Part shown: piece by piece, positions 12,900 to 26,900 of the stretch | Numbering within the stretch: position 1 is the first letter of the stretch | How the letters are laid out: each line of letters opens with the position of its first letter | NCBI RefSeq assembly: GCF_001194135.2 | Contig: NC_068983.1 | Location: forward strand, 131,785,243-131,849,242 | From: Octopus bimaculoides | Lineage: Eukaryota | DNA length: 64,000 nucleotides | Reading direction: 5' to 3' | Notes under the pieces: model-generated | Told to the model about the DNA's origin: nothing | The model's input: the letters and a program-made list of their open reading frames with translations, nothing else | The model's database searches: none | Made by a program: the position numbers and the translations under genes

Positions 12900-13470
12900 A
12901 ATAGTTACTTTTCAATTCTATCATGGATAATGATCCGAAGTCATTAATTATTAAACGATTAAACATCGAAATCAAGAACATATTTCAAAATAATTACTAG
13001 CCAATTAAACCAGAAAGAATATTTTTGGTTAAGTAGAAAAATACGAAAATTTTCTTTATTTAATGAATTAGAAATTAAAAGTAAACAAGGAATTATATTT
13101 TTATTTAAAATATCTTCCTTTTCTTGTAAAGTCTAAAACTCTCTTTTTATCCATTAACTTAAAACCTGTTTACTTCTAGGTTTCCGAGTACTTTTTTCCA
13201 CTAAATCATTAAGAATTATTTTTAGACTTTGTTCAAGTTAATAGCGTTATACACAATTGCTTGATAGTTATTATAACTTAAGTACAGGATGCCCATCTTA
13301 TATATCTTTATTTGTTTCGAGTCATCAACTTGAGATGAAATAAATTGTAAATTTATTCTTTAATTTAAAAATATAAAGAATGAGTTCTAATTAAATAATT
13401 CTCTGACTTTTATCAGTTCTAAGCATACTTTGACAAATTCTCGAGAGATGGAAATGGGATTAGTTTTGGA
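12900..13470 (-). pseudogene. Possible decayed LRR remnant
   Basis: GILYLSYNNYQAI (about 13251-13296) fits LxLxxNxLxxL; LKYVLDF..SFNN further 3'; multiple stops. Confidence 0.28.
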
Positions 13471-14429
13471 GATCTTTGCTGCATAGGATACTGCAAAAAA
13501 GAGAATCCCGTAGGCACTCTGTCCAAACAAGGTTTAAAAGCTCAAGAGCCCCTGTTATGTCTCAAGCTACTGCTATCTAGCACCTTCGGATGATCTCTAC
13601 TCGACTGCTACTCAACAGCTCTACCAACTGTCACTCAACTCCTCTACCACGGCTAGAATACCTCTATTTATATGTCTTGGGCGATCCTACTTCTTCGCTT
13701 GGAAGCGTCGACACAACAGCCCCACAAAGTAAATCGCGGAAGATGCTAAGTCAAACATGGAATTAATATTAAGTAAATTACAGTTGTTTTCCTTTAAGGG
13801 AATCAGATCTTATGCAGCAGTTTATGATCTAATGCAGGTCATATGCAGTTAATTTATTATTATAAGCCTAAATGGCCCACATACATGGAAATTACAGTAG
13901 ATATAGAGAGTAAGAGCTGAAAGAATATGACTATACTCTAAATCATGTACTTAGTACACTTTGCTTTTGCTCGTTGTAAATAACGTGGATTGGACAGAAT
14001 AAATATACCCACACGTCACATTATATTTTGTGTACTTTACAGATTGCTCTATACCACGTGCATACGTACTCACACGCGCACACGCATATGAATATGCAAC
14101 ATCTTTTAGGCCTGAAACTAAATTATGCAAGCCATCAATAGACATAAAATGCTTTACGTGATGTCAAACTATGTTGACTTTAATTCAATATTCTAATTGT
14201 GCAACTAAATATTACCAGCAAAAAGCGTGGCTAATTTACTTTACAAAATTATATTTAATACATGGAAACCGTATTTTCAGCGCGCCAAGCGAGAAAGAAA
14301 ATCAATGGAGAACCAAAAATATCCCAGAATAATGCTTGATAGGAAGAAAACATTTCCATTCCTCACTTAGTTACTACAGCCAGAAATAGACACTTCTATG
14401 ATAGTTTTTTCTTGGAATATCATTGATTC

Positions 14430-14430
<1 letters not shown>

Positions 14431-14494
<64 letters not shown>
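14431..14494. repeat. (TCTA)n microsatellite
   Basis: Direct reading. Confidence 0.98.
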
Positions 14495-14694
14495 CATGCA
14501 ACGCACACAGATTTTACACACACACACATACACACATGCACGCAAGTTCAATATATTTGTGTGTGTGTGGAGAGAGGGAGACAAATATATATAGAGAAAG
14601 AGAGAGTGAGCGAAAGAGAGGTTCATACAAACTTAAATATATATAATGATAGTCTTACTACAACAACGACTACTACAAAAAAGAATAATCTTTT

Positions 14695-14870
14695 CGACAA
14701 TAGGTACAAGGCATGGCATTTACCCCACTGATCACCTTGTACTCACTTCATCGACCCCGAAAGCATGAATAGCAAAGTCAACTTCAGTCGCATTTGACCC
14801 CAGAACGTACAGACGGACTAAATGCTGCTAAGGACTTTGTCCGGCGTGCTCACCATTCTAGAAGCTCGCT
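14695..14870 (-). mobile_element. SINE family B
   Basis: atcgaccccgaaagcatgaatagcaaagtcaacttc...cagaacgtacagacggac...ccggcgtgctc. Confidence 0.75.
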
Positions 14871-14999
14871 GATAATTATTTTAGAAATGGTAATTTTACT
14901 GAGGTAAAATCAACAACTGATGGGAAGATCAAATATGCGAAGAGTAATATAAATACGGCGGGTGCTGAAAAGTTCCTGGTTGAAAAGTTCTTTCCTTTC

Positions 15000-15180
15000 T
15001 ACTAAATTCGCAAGACATGACATTTGAGGGAGTGGACTAGTTGATTACATCGATCTCAGTGTTTCACAGATACTTAGTTTATCGACACGGAAAGGATGAA
15101 AGGCAAAGTCGACCTCGGCAGAATTTGAACACAGATCATGAAGACGGACAAAATGTTGCTAAGTATTTTGTCCGGAGTAC
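15000..15180 (-). mobile_element. SINE family B
   Basis: gaaaggatgaaaggcaaagtcgacctcggcagaatttgaac. Confidence 0.8.
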
Positions 15181-15945
15181 AATGTACATAAATCAACGGT
15201 CCTAAAAGAATGAATATTGTTACGTCAAATCTTCTACAAACTGTAACAAACCACGCGTAGCTTGTATTTCTGAATGTTATTCTTTAAACTCTTTCTTCTC
15301 AATCAGTATTGCCTTTTGGGAAATATTCGCAGTTGGTTTCTGCATCTCAACACATACAGTTTTACCTATTATGGTTCTGAACGCTAACAACTTCTCTAAA
15401 CGGATAAATCCTATGAGATACATGTTCCTTTACACTAATTATCTTCCCGCACAATAACGCAAGCCTACAAGACTATTATATTTTATTTAATTTTAATTTT
15501 ATTTGATTTTCTTTCCTATAAGGTAACTTTCTCGTTTTATAACTTCATCTCTAACAATTAACACATGCTCATCCTTGCTGCTCAAATCTACATAACCAGA
15601 TAGAAGTGTATTAATTATCTAAATTTAGTATTTTACTGAACAGCATTCTGTTTTATCGATGTTCCAACTTGTAATTTCCGTCAACATTCAGTAGAGGACA
15701 TTAATCCTGCTGTTAGTTCTAAACACACTAATACGCTCACGTGTGCGCATGCACACACACAAATATACACATAAGCTATATTTACCGTTTATTTTTTTCA
15801 TATATTTTCTGTGATTATGAATGTATATCTTCGATGAAATATATTCTACAACTTGCCATCCTTGTAAAATGTTGAACAAACCTTCACAATGTAAATTTAA
15901 TTTCCTCTTACAAATTACATCGAATCAAATTATCAATATTTGCAG

Positions 15946-15950
<5 letters not shown>

Positions 15951-16009
<59 letters not shown>

Positions 16010-16155
16010 GTCTGTCTGTCTGCCTGCCTGTCTGTCTACCTGTCTATCCGTCTGTATGTATGTATATCAGTCTCTCTCTCTCTGTCTGCTTGGATGTCAG
16101 TCTATCTTTTTGTCTGCATGTCTGTCAGTCTGTCTATCTACTTGTTTGTCTGTCT
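15951..16155. repeat. (TCTA)n microsatellite decaying into (TCTG)-like repeats
   Basis: Direct reading. Confidence 0.93.
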
Positions 16156-16263
16156 TCTCTTTTTATCTTCTTTTCTCTCCCTCCTCTCTGTCTTACTGCC
16201 TTCCTCTCACTGTGTCCTATATTCTCCTATTTCACTATTTGATAATCTCTATATTACCGTTCT

Positions 16264-17539
16264 TACAAAAGGCATTCTAGAAGGTTGAAGACTTTTTTTC
16301 TTTAGATGTATTTAAAACCGACCAAGATTATCGTAGTTTTGATATTCCATTACTATACATACTAATAAGCGGACCAGGCAACTTGAAGGAGAACACGCTA
16401 GTAATTACTGCTTGCTACAACTGACTAGTTTGCAGATTGCAGTTGGGTCGAGAAAAGAATTTGGAAGCACGCTATGCAACGAACCTTTGTGTTAAACTGG
16501 GAGAAAACACTACAGAATCTTATGAAATGTCTTTTTGACTGCTAATGGATTAACTTGTGAGCTGAGTATCTGTTTTTTGCTGGCAGAAGAGTTTTAATGA
16601 CAGAGGAAGAGAGCTGGTGAGGAACAATGAGAAGTGTAGAAGGTATTGGAACGTTAGAACATCATAACTGGTTTAGAAAATTCGAAGTTCTCTAGATGAA
16701 TTCCCTTGTGTGTCTATGAAGACAATAAACATATAGTTTGGAGTTGGTGTGGGAACTATACACTGTATTATTTTTGAAGATATGAACTTGCACAAAATTT
16801 GTGTGACGTTTGTTTCCCTGGCACTCAGAGACAAACAGAAGGAAAAGAGCATTGGAGACAGCAGGTTGATCTCATTACCTCCGGTCCAAGAGTACTTGAT
16901 TTTCTAGTGACTTGTGCCAAAATTTGGATCAAATGTTGCAATGCAGAGTTGGAGAAACAGACCCAAAAAGCCCAGGTAAACCAAGCCCACTGGGAAGACT
17001 ATGATGATCTCTTTTTCTTAATAGCAAATGCATCATCTACACCTACTGGGTTCCATCTTGTTAGGCGGTCAGCAACAAGTACTTTATGAAAGTTTTGAGG
17101 GAGTTCACCAAAAGATTTCGTCGCAAATAGCCAGTGCTGTTCCACTCGAAGTACTGGCACCTGCACCAGGATAATGCCCCAGTCCGTAACTCCATGATGA
17201 TAATCAACTACTTAACATAGATGGCAACAAAACTGACCCCCATCCATCCGATAATCAATACCTGCTCGTTGTGCCTTTTGATTGTTCCCCAAACTTTAGG
17301 AGAACCTCAGAAGCAATCGTTTTGAACACGTTGAAAAGATGAAGGTAACCGTGACACAGGTCCAGGATGCTTTTACTTTTGATGACGTCTATAGGCCCAT
17401 TACGAAGTGGCTGGAGTGCTAAAACAATAGTATTGAAGCCAGAAAATCATAGTTTGAAAGTGATTTGAGGTTTGTACCTCTTTAAAATTAGTAAATATCT
17501 TCCTGAAAGAGTCTGAGAATGTTTAGAATACACCTTGTA
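16264..17539 (+). mobile_element. Mariner element, near full length, heavily decayed
   Basis: YATNLCVKLGENTTESYEM HTH start; HQDNAP-like (caccaggataatgcccc) and HP..SPDL-like region near 17235-17270; degenerate TIRs tacaaaaggcattctag / tttagaatacaccttgta. Confidence 0.75.
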
Positions 17540-17724
17540 TTTGAGTTTACCAGCTTAAAATTTTCGTTTTGATATTGAAGCTAATTTTGTCCTATTGTAT
17601 TTAAACACTGAGATATTTTAAACCATCTAATTGTACCACTATATAAATAATTAGAGTGTTTAGTAAGGAATTGGTAGAAACCGTTGGAGTACTGAAAGCA
17701 AAGATTTGCGTTATAAATTATAAC

Positions 17725-17800
17725 TACCCATCTTCTCAGTTCAAATTCTGACGACAGCAGCCTTACCACTTATCCTTCAAGTCAGATAAATGAAAGGCAG
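17725..17800 (+). mobile_element. SINE family B fragment
   Basis: ctcagttcaaattctgacgac...tatccttcaagtcagataaa. Confidence 0.4.
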
Positions 17801-19129
17801 AATGTAATAGGGCATGAGTTCTTCATGCAAGCTATCTGCTTTGTGAAATTACTTTGAACTTCACAAACTAGTGATGATACCTAAATCAGGCATCCACTAC
17901 CTTACATAAAATTTTGTGTTTTAATGTATAAAAGCATTTTGTTTGTTCATACGTATATGAATTAACAAGTTATGATAGATATTACGGCCTGTAAATTTAA
18001 CATTTCATTTAACAATTCCATGCTCACATTAAGTGTTCATGTTCTCATCACATTCCTTTCTTTCATACTATCAACTCTCTTCTCTTCATTTTTAACACAC
18101 ACAGGCACACACACACACACATACACAGACATACACACACATTAACACACGCACACACATACACAGGCATGCACACACACACAAACAGGAACAGTCACAC
18201 ATACACACTCCTATAATTGTGTACTTAACATTACATAAAGATAGTTAATGTTGTTTATAGATATTTGTTTAGCACATGTAGAGAATACCGTGAGAAAAGA
18301 AATATGTATGCAGTAATTATATAAATATTTTTTAGGGTCACATAACTATTATGTGCGTAGGAAAAGTCGTTCTTTTTTTCAAAGAAACAGATCTTTATGT
18401 TTGATGTTTTATTGATATCATCCAGAATTGAACACATAAATTTAATTAACATTCAATAATATTTTTAACACGTACGCTAATATTGGAAATGTAAGAAAAC
18501 TACTTGATTTGCTTCAATTAGTGATTCTATATTCATATATTATATGGATCAATATATTTTTATAGGCTCCACAATTTTCGTTTTACTCACCTCATTTCCA
18601 TCTTTGCATAAGTATATCTCTGCCTGCCACTTGCTCTTTCTCTCTGTGTCTCCCAATCTCTTTAATGTTCTGAAATAATTTATGTAGGCGTTACAATAAC
18701 GTAAGCATACCTTATACTTCATACTTACACACACATCTATAAGCTATTACATATGATTTCAATTTGAAAAAGAATATATTGGTATAGCTATATACATACA
18801 CACATAAATATATAGCTATGCGTTTGTGTGTGTTTTGATAAGCATATACATGTGCCTTCTCTCTCTCTTTCTCTCTCTCTTNNNNNNNNNNNNNNNNNNN
18901 NNNNNNNNNNNNNNNNNNNNNNNNNNNNNNNNNNNNNNNNNNNNNNNNNNNNNNNNNNNNNNNNNNTATATATATATATATGCGTATAAGTGCATGCATA
19001 TGATTGTGTATGTAAAAAATTATTTCAACTCACCCAAAAAACCTAAATGTAACTCTTAATTGCCAAAAACTTAGTGTCTCTATTAAAATCATATTCCTCA
19101 ACGTTATATATACGCATATGACACTTATT

Positions 19130-20780
19130 TCAGAATCAATATTTTGAAGTGAGCTATTTTTATCTTCTCAGAGTCTATTCCACAATCTGATTCATATATT
19201 CTGGCATCCCAGTCAAAAATCTAGTTTGTAACACTAGAAGATTCTGAAATATCTACTGATGTAATATACAGAGCAAGACACAAAATGTGGAAATGGTACG
19301 CTCAACGTCCCTATGTGACCCAACTTAAAACATTTCTAAGTAAATAAAATATGTTCATTCATTCGAATAAATGCACAGGGAGAATTCGTTATTATATAGT
19401 ATGGAATGATATAGGTGGAGCAACTCCATATACATACACGTCAAAATTATAGATTTGGTTAAGCAATAAAATTCAGATACTGAAACGATCACCAAAATCC
19501 TTGATTGGAATATTCGAGACCTTCTTATTCTGACGCTTCACACAACCATTTCTTTTGGATAATTTACGCCTGTAAATTTTCCAAATTTGCAAAATTCAAA
19601 TGTGTGCTGGATCTACTACAGTGCTCTTTCCAACAGAAAATCTCCTAAACTTGTCTTCTACTGACACTAATAACATTAATTTGGTATCTAACACAACTTA
19701 TATAGAAAATAAATGCATTATAAATGATTACAGAATGAACATAGAATGTGAAAATACAACGAATGAAGATGAAGTATTACATTTTGGTTAATTATTTATA
19801 TTTAACCAAAACACTAAAAAATACAGTAGAAATTGCCATACTAAGAATGTAAACCTGTACACAAGGTTAGCGTTTCCCTCTTAGAATTTGTACAGTGCGA
19901 TCGAGAGAGTCAAACGCATCTTCGTGAGATACTTTGTTGTGATCTCAAAAATTTAGCTTGGGCTGCTTAAAATCCGCTTTTCCTGAGCTTTTCCACATAT
20001 TAAAGAAATGACACTTGTGCTCAGATCAAAAGTAAAATGAGTAGTTCTTTCATATCGAAAGAAAATTGTAGCAATTTCAGATAAGGTTGTTGAAATTGCA
20101 TTCTTCTAATGTGAACAAAATTTTGCGAAAATTGGTTTGGATAACATTGTTTGTCAGTTCCACCAGAAGCATAAAAAGTATTCTTCCCGATTTATATTTT
20201 ACTAATTGCCGGATCTTTGATTAGCCTATTTTATTTGGGAACAAGTTGGATTCATTTAGGTGGACATAATATTGGAGGTTTTGAATATCATAGCTGGTTG
20301 ACTGAAGATTCTCGCAACTAACTGCTGTAGATGCAGTTTGAATAGCAACTCGTAGTCCAATCAAGATCTCTGTCAGTCATGGCCTGTGCAGTATTTTCAA
20401 TGGAGATCAATGGTTGTTTGTAACAAAAGCGCAAACAAATGTAAAGAAGTTGAAAAAGCCCTAAGATTTGAGCTTTTTGTTACTCGTGTACAAGATAAAC
20501 TATATGGTTTTGCAATGCTGTCCAGGCGATTATCTCAGAATCGCAGAGAATCGGATTAATGAGACATAGTATATGACAACAAAAGGGTTCATCTTGACTC
20601 AAGAATTTGAGACTACTGCCTCTCATAGGTTACCGTTCCTGTCTGCATCATCTTTAATGAAGTAACATCGCTAACAAGCTAACAAGTATCGCAGGCAATG
20701 TCATCAATATAACACGCAAATAGTGTTTAAGGCTCTGCAATGAGGATAGGCCATAAATATTCTGCTGCAGATCTTTGAAA
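19130..20780 (+). pseudogene. Possible decayed LRR-LRRCT-TM(-TIR) receptor remnant
   Basis: Scattered peptides across frames: PNLKHF, DASHNHF, FPNLQ, AFPHIKEMTL, NFR*GC*NC...CLSVPPE, then hydrophobic VFFPIYILLIAGSLISLFYL; many stops and frameshifts. Confidence 0.25.
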
Positions 20781-21049
20781 TTTAAATACATTATTAAAAT
20801 CACTTATTTACATTTTTCTTCAAAAAATCAATATGTTGTGTAAAATACACTGGATCACAAAAGAATATTTTATTCCTTCATTGGTCTTCTATTAAATTCT
20901 CTAAAGTTTGACATTACCGTGACACAATTACACTTTACACAGAAAAGTTGTCGTTCAGCACAAAGCGGTATTGAATCATATTATGTTCCACTTGTGGAAG
21001 TTATTTCTACGATTCCTAGGTAGCAAATCAGAACATGCCGGTCGCTATA

Positions 21050-21890
21050 GGTTTTATCGTCCCTGAATTGGTAGAGGGGAAAAATTCAGAAGTTTGGATT
21101 TTCGTTATTAGCGCAAATGTCGATGTGTTGGCTGAATGCTATTTTTCTGTTTTGGGGAATTTTGATCTGGGATTTGTGCAGAACAATCCTTTGACGTAGA
21201 CTGTTTTTGTATGGCCTATGTATTGCTCTTGAAACCCAGAGCGTGTTAGTGCGTATATCAGGTTCTCCGAAGCACAGGTGATGCTGCTTTTCATTGTGAA
21301 ACGTTGTACCTGCTCCAGGGAGAACTCTGATCCCTCAATTAAAATGACGCATGTCCTACAGTTAGGTCTTCCACATTTTTTTACTGCCAGTTTCTGTATT
21401 GATGTTGAGCGCATTCGAGCTTGTGTTAGGAGGTTTTTCATTGATTTTGGTTGTCTCTTGCTTTCTATGATGGTGTGCGTTTTGAAGATTAAGTTCATTC
21501 TGTGGTCCTTTTTTAGCAGGGGAATATTTTGAACTATGTGTCGAAGGCGTCATTGTTAACAGGATTGTGTGGTAGGGTTCTTGGCTGCAAATCTTTCTTT
21601 AATTTGGGATTTGTGAGTTCGTGGATGTTGAGTTGTAAGGCTTGGTGAAAGCACATGTCAATTAGTGAAGGTGGGTAGTTCCAGGTGATGAGTGTATCCT
21701 TTAGTTCATGTAATCGTGTGTCTCTGGTGCTTGCATTAGTAACTATAGTACATATTATTTTTGCTAGGTTGAAAGGGATATTCATTTTGGAGTCCATGGG
21801 CTTATAAGTATGTATCAGTTTCTATTACATTGTTAGATTTCTTAATGAGGATGTCGAGGAAAAAAAGTTGTTGATGGCTATATTCCATCG
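21050..21890 (-). mobile_element. Penelope-like element (RT C-terminus, linker, GIY-YIG), decayed
   Basis: FLDILIKK..ETDTY.KP.DSK; NIPFNLAKIICTIV..RLHELK..NYPPSLI; KKCGRPNCRTC; ENLIYAL..QYIGHT; same architecture as 2008-2400. Confidence 0.88.
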
Positions 21891-22816
21891 TCTCTTATTA
21901 TTCTCTCTTCACTTTCTCCTTCTTCTTCTTCTTCATCTTCTTCCTCTCCGCCCCCCCCCCTTCCTTACTTTACTACTATTACTGTTTAGAATAACACCTA
22001 TGCAAATATTATAAACAATACATTCAAAAGAGATGTCTCAAGAATTCAATCACTACTACCATCCACAAATCACTTTCAGGGCTCTTGACCATTTAACATC
22101 CTACTNNNNNNNNNNNNNNNNNNNNNNNNNNNNNNNNNNNNNNNNNNNNNNNNNNNNNNNNNNNNNNNNNNNNNNNNNNNNNNNNNNNNNNNNNNNNNNN
22201 NNNNNNNNNNNNNNNNNNNNNNNNNNNNNNNNNNNNNNNNNNNNNNNNNNNNNNNNNNNNNNNNNNNNNNNNNNNNNNNNNNNNNNNNNNNNNNNNNNNN
22301 NNNNNNNNNNNNNNNNNNNNNNNNNNNNNNNNNNNNNNNNNNNNNNNNNNNNNNNNNNNNNNNNNNNNNNNNNNNNNNNNNNNNNNNNNNNNNNNNNNNN
22401 NNNNNNNNNNNNNNNNNNNNNNNNNNNNNNNNNNNNNNNNNNNNNNNNNNNNNNNNNNNNNNNNNNNNNNNNNNNNNNNNNNNNNNNNNNNNNNNNNNNN
22501 NNNNNNNNNNNNNNNNNNNNNNNNNNNNNNNNNNNNNNNNNNNNNNNNNNNNNNNNNNNNNNNNNNNNNNNNNNNNNNNNNNNNNNNNNNNNNNNNNNNN
22601 NNNNNNNNNNNNNNNNNNNNNNNNNNNNNNNNNNNNNNNNNNNNNNNNNNNNNNNNNNNNNNNNNNNNNNNNNNNNNNNNNNNNNNNNNNNNNNNNNNNN
22701 NNNNNNNNNNNNNNNNNNNNNNNNNNNNNNNNNNNNNNNNNNNNNNNNNNNNNNNNNNNNNNNNNNNNNNNNNNNNNNNNNNNNNNNNNNNNNNNNNNNN
22801 NNNNNNNNNNNNNNNN

Positions 22817-22817
<1 letters not shown>

Positions 22818-22888
<71 letters not shown>
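22818..22888. repeat. (GT)n microsatellite abutting a gap
   Basis: Direct reading. Confidence 0.98.
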
Positions 22889-22892
<4 letters not shown>

Positions 22893-23349
22893 CATGCATA
22901 TATATATAAATATATATACATGCATACATACTTACATACATATGTGTGTATGTGTAAGTATGTAATGTATGTATTTATTTATATATGTATGAATACATGT
23001 ACACACACAAACACATGCACACACCGACATACGCAAACATACACAAACTCACATACACAAATACACACACATATCACTGATCAGTAAAAGATGTAAGTAC
23101 AGAATTGAAATCGAAAAAATCAAATGCACAGACGGGAATTGTCACTAGGTCTCCACAATTTGCTGGACAACCATTTCTCCTATTAAACTAAATATCATGA
23201 TCTTAAATGGCATTTTTCTTTTGTTTATTTTCGATTTTGTTGCATTATTAAATACGCAAATTTATTTCCTCCCCTTGTCATTACGAATAGTCGGTCACTA
23301 TTAACTTCTAAAACACAATTTTGACACGAGCATTATAAACAATCATTCA

Positions 23350-23530
23350 TTTGGACTCGCCGGTCAAAATGCTTAGCAGCATTTCGTTTGTCTGTACTTT
23401 CAGTGGTAAAATTCTAACGAGGTCAACTTTGCCTCTCATTCTTTCGGGTTCCATAAAATAAGTACCAGCTTAGCACTGGAATCGAAGTGATCGACTAGCT
23501 CTTCCTCTAAAATTTTAGGCTTTGTACCTA
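23350..23530 (+). mobile_element. SINE family B
   Basis: aaaatgcttagcagcatttcg...gaggtcaactttgcctctcattctttcggg...aagtaccag. Confidence 0.75.
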
Positions 23531-24229
23531 CATTAGCTGGTTATTCTTTTCCGTCTTTTTACTTTTCGATTTCTAATCACAAGTACTAGGATCAATGAGC
23601 TCGATTCTTGTACTTTGGAATTTCTGGCCTTAAGCCTAAATAAGAAACAATTATCAATATTATTAAATGATTTCAAATCCCACCATATTTAACTATTGTC
23701 ATTCCGATTTCTATATGATGAAATATTAAATACTAAGATCCATTCAGTCCAGTACCCCACTACAGACAAAACCGAAATTGGCATTGTCTTATAGGAAATT
23801 ATTTTCATTAACAATATATTTCTGTGTATGTATGAGCATATAGTCACACAAATACACTTACCATATGCTCGCGCATGCATACATATATGATAACCTATCA
23901 AATTTTCTTCATTAATGTACACCCACACCTACCAACTGAAACAAAGCTGATTTATATTACGTATTGATTAAATTATATATATAACCGAGTCAATGAATAT
24001 ATAACCATATATGTGCATGCATAAAGAAATTATAATTAACTTTCGAATTACGTGAGAACAGATGCCTAATTATTTGAGTTTATTGATTCTGATTTTCTAA
24101 TAGATGAGACAAAATCAGACGCACTATGACACAGAATCACACATAAACTTAGAAACGCACAGAAATAAACACACACACACGCACAAAGCATACATATAAC
24201 CATAAACACATACATACATACATACATAT

Positions 24230-24271
<42 letters not shown>

Positions 24272-25751
24272 TTTCTCTTACGTCTCTTAGTGCGTATAGC
24301 CTGTTAGATTTATCTGTTAACGACTTTGAATTGTGCATTTATTATATCATGGAATTATAAACTGTTTATATTTATGATGTAATTAATTTTATGCGTCCAG
24401 ATAGAACGAACATTCTCAACACGGTCCACTCAGTCGTAACTGATTAAATCACGGGTATTGTTGTGGCATAGCTAGAGGAGGTGAAACAGCGCCTGTGACC
24501 ATTTTTCTACGGTTATCTCAATACGCTATATACGCATTGATGAATAAAACATGAATAGATTATCTTTCAACCGGAAATCTGGTTGTTAGAGAAAATGCTC
24601 AACTAAAGACTGCCAGCAGTTAGAAGAAAGTGTCCCACTATGTGATGTATTTTGAAAATGATCGTTACTATGATGAGGTATCTTTTGCAAACAGGTAGAC
24701 GCAAATTATGCTCATATTAGTTTCAGTTTCGACGTGGCAGTCAGTGAATATCAACGGAGTAGTGTTGTTTACAACCTATGATACATAATAGCTAGAACCT
24801 GATAAATGACATGATCTAAAACGAGTCACAAAAACATGCCATACTAGCGACACCTGGTAAAAACAACAACTGATACTCATATACATCATACTCTACTGTC
24901 GTATGCTCTCACAACTCAGGCAATGGATATATGACATATGCAAAAAGAATGTGATTGGTATAGGTCTGATCAGTCAGGACTTACTTCATGACTAAACTAC
25001 ATTAATGACAGAATCAACTGAGCACATCATACTAAATGTGTCGTTGTTAACCTCCAGTTCAACCCTGCTTGAATTGAGGCGTTGTAACAATGACGATTTC
25101 GTTTTCTCTTTATCCAAGAACAATGTATTTAGAACCACGTTATCCGAGTGTGCTGCTCCTTAAAATTACGAGGATTTGGTTTCAGGGGAATTTCCTTGCT
25201 AAATTCTTGCATTGTGGGAAGCGTTACAGATTCACTTGTTTGGTTCATCAAACTAAATAAAAAATCCTTATTTCTTTCATTTGTCGTTATCAATTAGCAA
25301 GAGTCTTTGATTATGAGAATGTAAATAATCTATTCTTTTATTTTGTGATAATACTATTAGAAAGCAAGTTTATAAAACATAGTTGATGCATCACTTATAT
25401 ATGGATAAAGACATAAGAGGTAAAAAGAGAGCACCAATATCTTTTGGCGGTACTCCCTGATTGTTAGATGAAAAAAACAGGACTTCGGATCACAGACCTC
25501 GCTGAATGTTTGCTGCATAGTGGAATCTAATAATTATAGGCCAAAGTAGGGGTGTAAACCAGGAAAATATTTCCTCTAAGGGGCTTCTCTCACACAGTTT
25601 CTCTTAGAAGACTTTGTTTGATTTAAACTATATTAAATGACATTTGAAATTAGAGTGTTATGTAGTGAAATTAAACGTGAAATAACATTCTGGCGAAACA
25701 AAATTCTCATCCAATCCAGAAAACCATGACTATATATTCATAAATGCAAAA

Positions 25752-25766
25752 CATACATACATACAT

Positions 25767-25827
<61 letters not shown>

Positions 25828-25862
25828 TATATGTTTATATATATATATATATATATATATAT
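25752..25862. repeat. (CATA)n(CA)n(TA)n compound microsatellite
   Basis: Direct reading. Confidence 0.95.
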
Positions 25863-26304
25863 TTAAAAAGAAGTAATGTTCATTGGCACTTAGCCATGGC
25901 TGTTCAACAGGAACCAGCGTCTGATGTTACAGTAATTTTTGACCCCAGGAATACGCCTCATCCAGCTGGTTGTTCAATGCAATCTGCACGTGAAATATAT
26001 ATGTTTCAAGCACGGTAGTGAGTCCCTATCACTCTAGCTCGCAATATATAGAAATCAAATGAAACAGTCACTGATCTTGTAACAAGAAAATTACGCAGTT
26101 AGAAAAACCTTTATAGGAGATGAAAACAGTAACCATACTAAGAAGTAATGTTTATTGCCACATTAAAATGGCTGTTCCGGAAGAAACCTTCTTGCAAGAG
26201 GTAGAAAGCATACAGTCTGGTGGTCTCATGACTGGAAGAGTGTAGATGTTCAATCCCCTGCTGGTAACATATATCAGGGGCACATTGCGTGCAATAGCCA
26301 CCTG

Positions 26305-26900
26305 GAGCAAGTCGATTAAACTGGCCCATGTGTTCAACTCTTACTTATTTTATCGGCCATGAAAGGATGGAAGGCAATGCCGACCTCGGTGGAATTCAAG
26401 CTCAGAACGTAAATACGGATTTAATGCAGCGAAACATTTTGCCCAGCGAGGTTAAGATCCGGCCCGCTCGCCTCGTTGGCTGGGTGTATGATATTGATCT
26501 TAACTTTTGGCTCAAGGCCAGCAATTTCGAGGGATAGGTAAGTCGATCACATCGACTACAGAACTCAACTGGTACTTATTTTATTAATCCTGGAAGGATG
26601 AAAAGCCAAGTCGACCTCGGTGGAATCTGAACTCAGAAGATTGACGAAATGTCGCTAAACATTTTGCCCGACGTGCTAACAATTGTACCAGTTTGCCGAC
26701 TTATTAGTTGGCTGAATGTAAGCAGACTTGGAGGAAGAGCCAAGATGATTAAATCTACACCAATGTTCAACTGATACTTATTCTATCCAACCCGAGGGAT
26801 CGAAGGCAAAGTCGAATTCAGGGGAAATTGAACTCTGAACGTAAAGGTGGACGAAATGTCACTAAATATTTTGCAAGGTGTGCTCACGCTTCTGGCAGTT
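26305..26900 (-). mobile_element. Three head-to-tail SINE family B copies (about 26305-26475, 26490-26700, 26725-26900)
   Basis: Each carries variants of tacttattt...gaaggatg...gtcgacctcgg..gaa.t.gaactc.gaa...catttt. Confidence 0.8.

Noticed and set aside
13480-13760. LTR-like block with TATAAATAG on the minus strand
   Set aside because: No TG..CA ends, TSD or partner copy could be established.
14945-14995. ggtgctgaaaagttcctgg MITE terminus
   Set aside because: It is an isolated TIR fragment of the 3752-type MITE, too short to annotate as an element.
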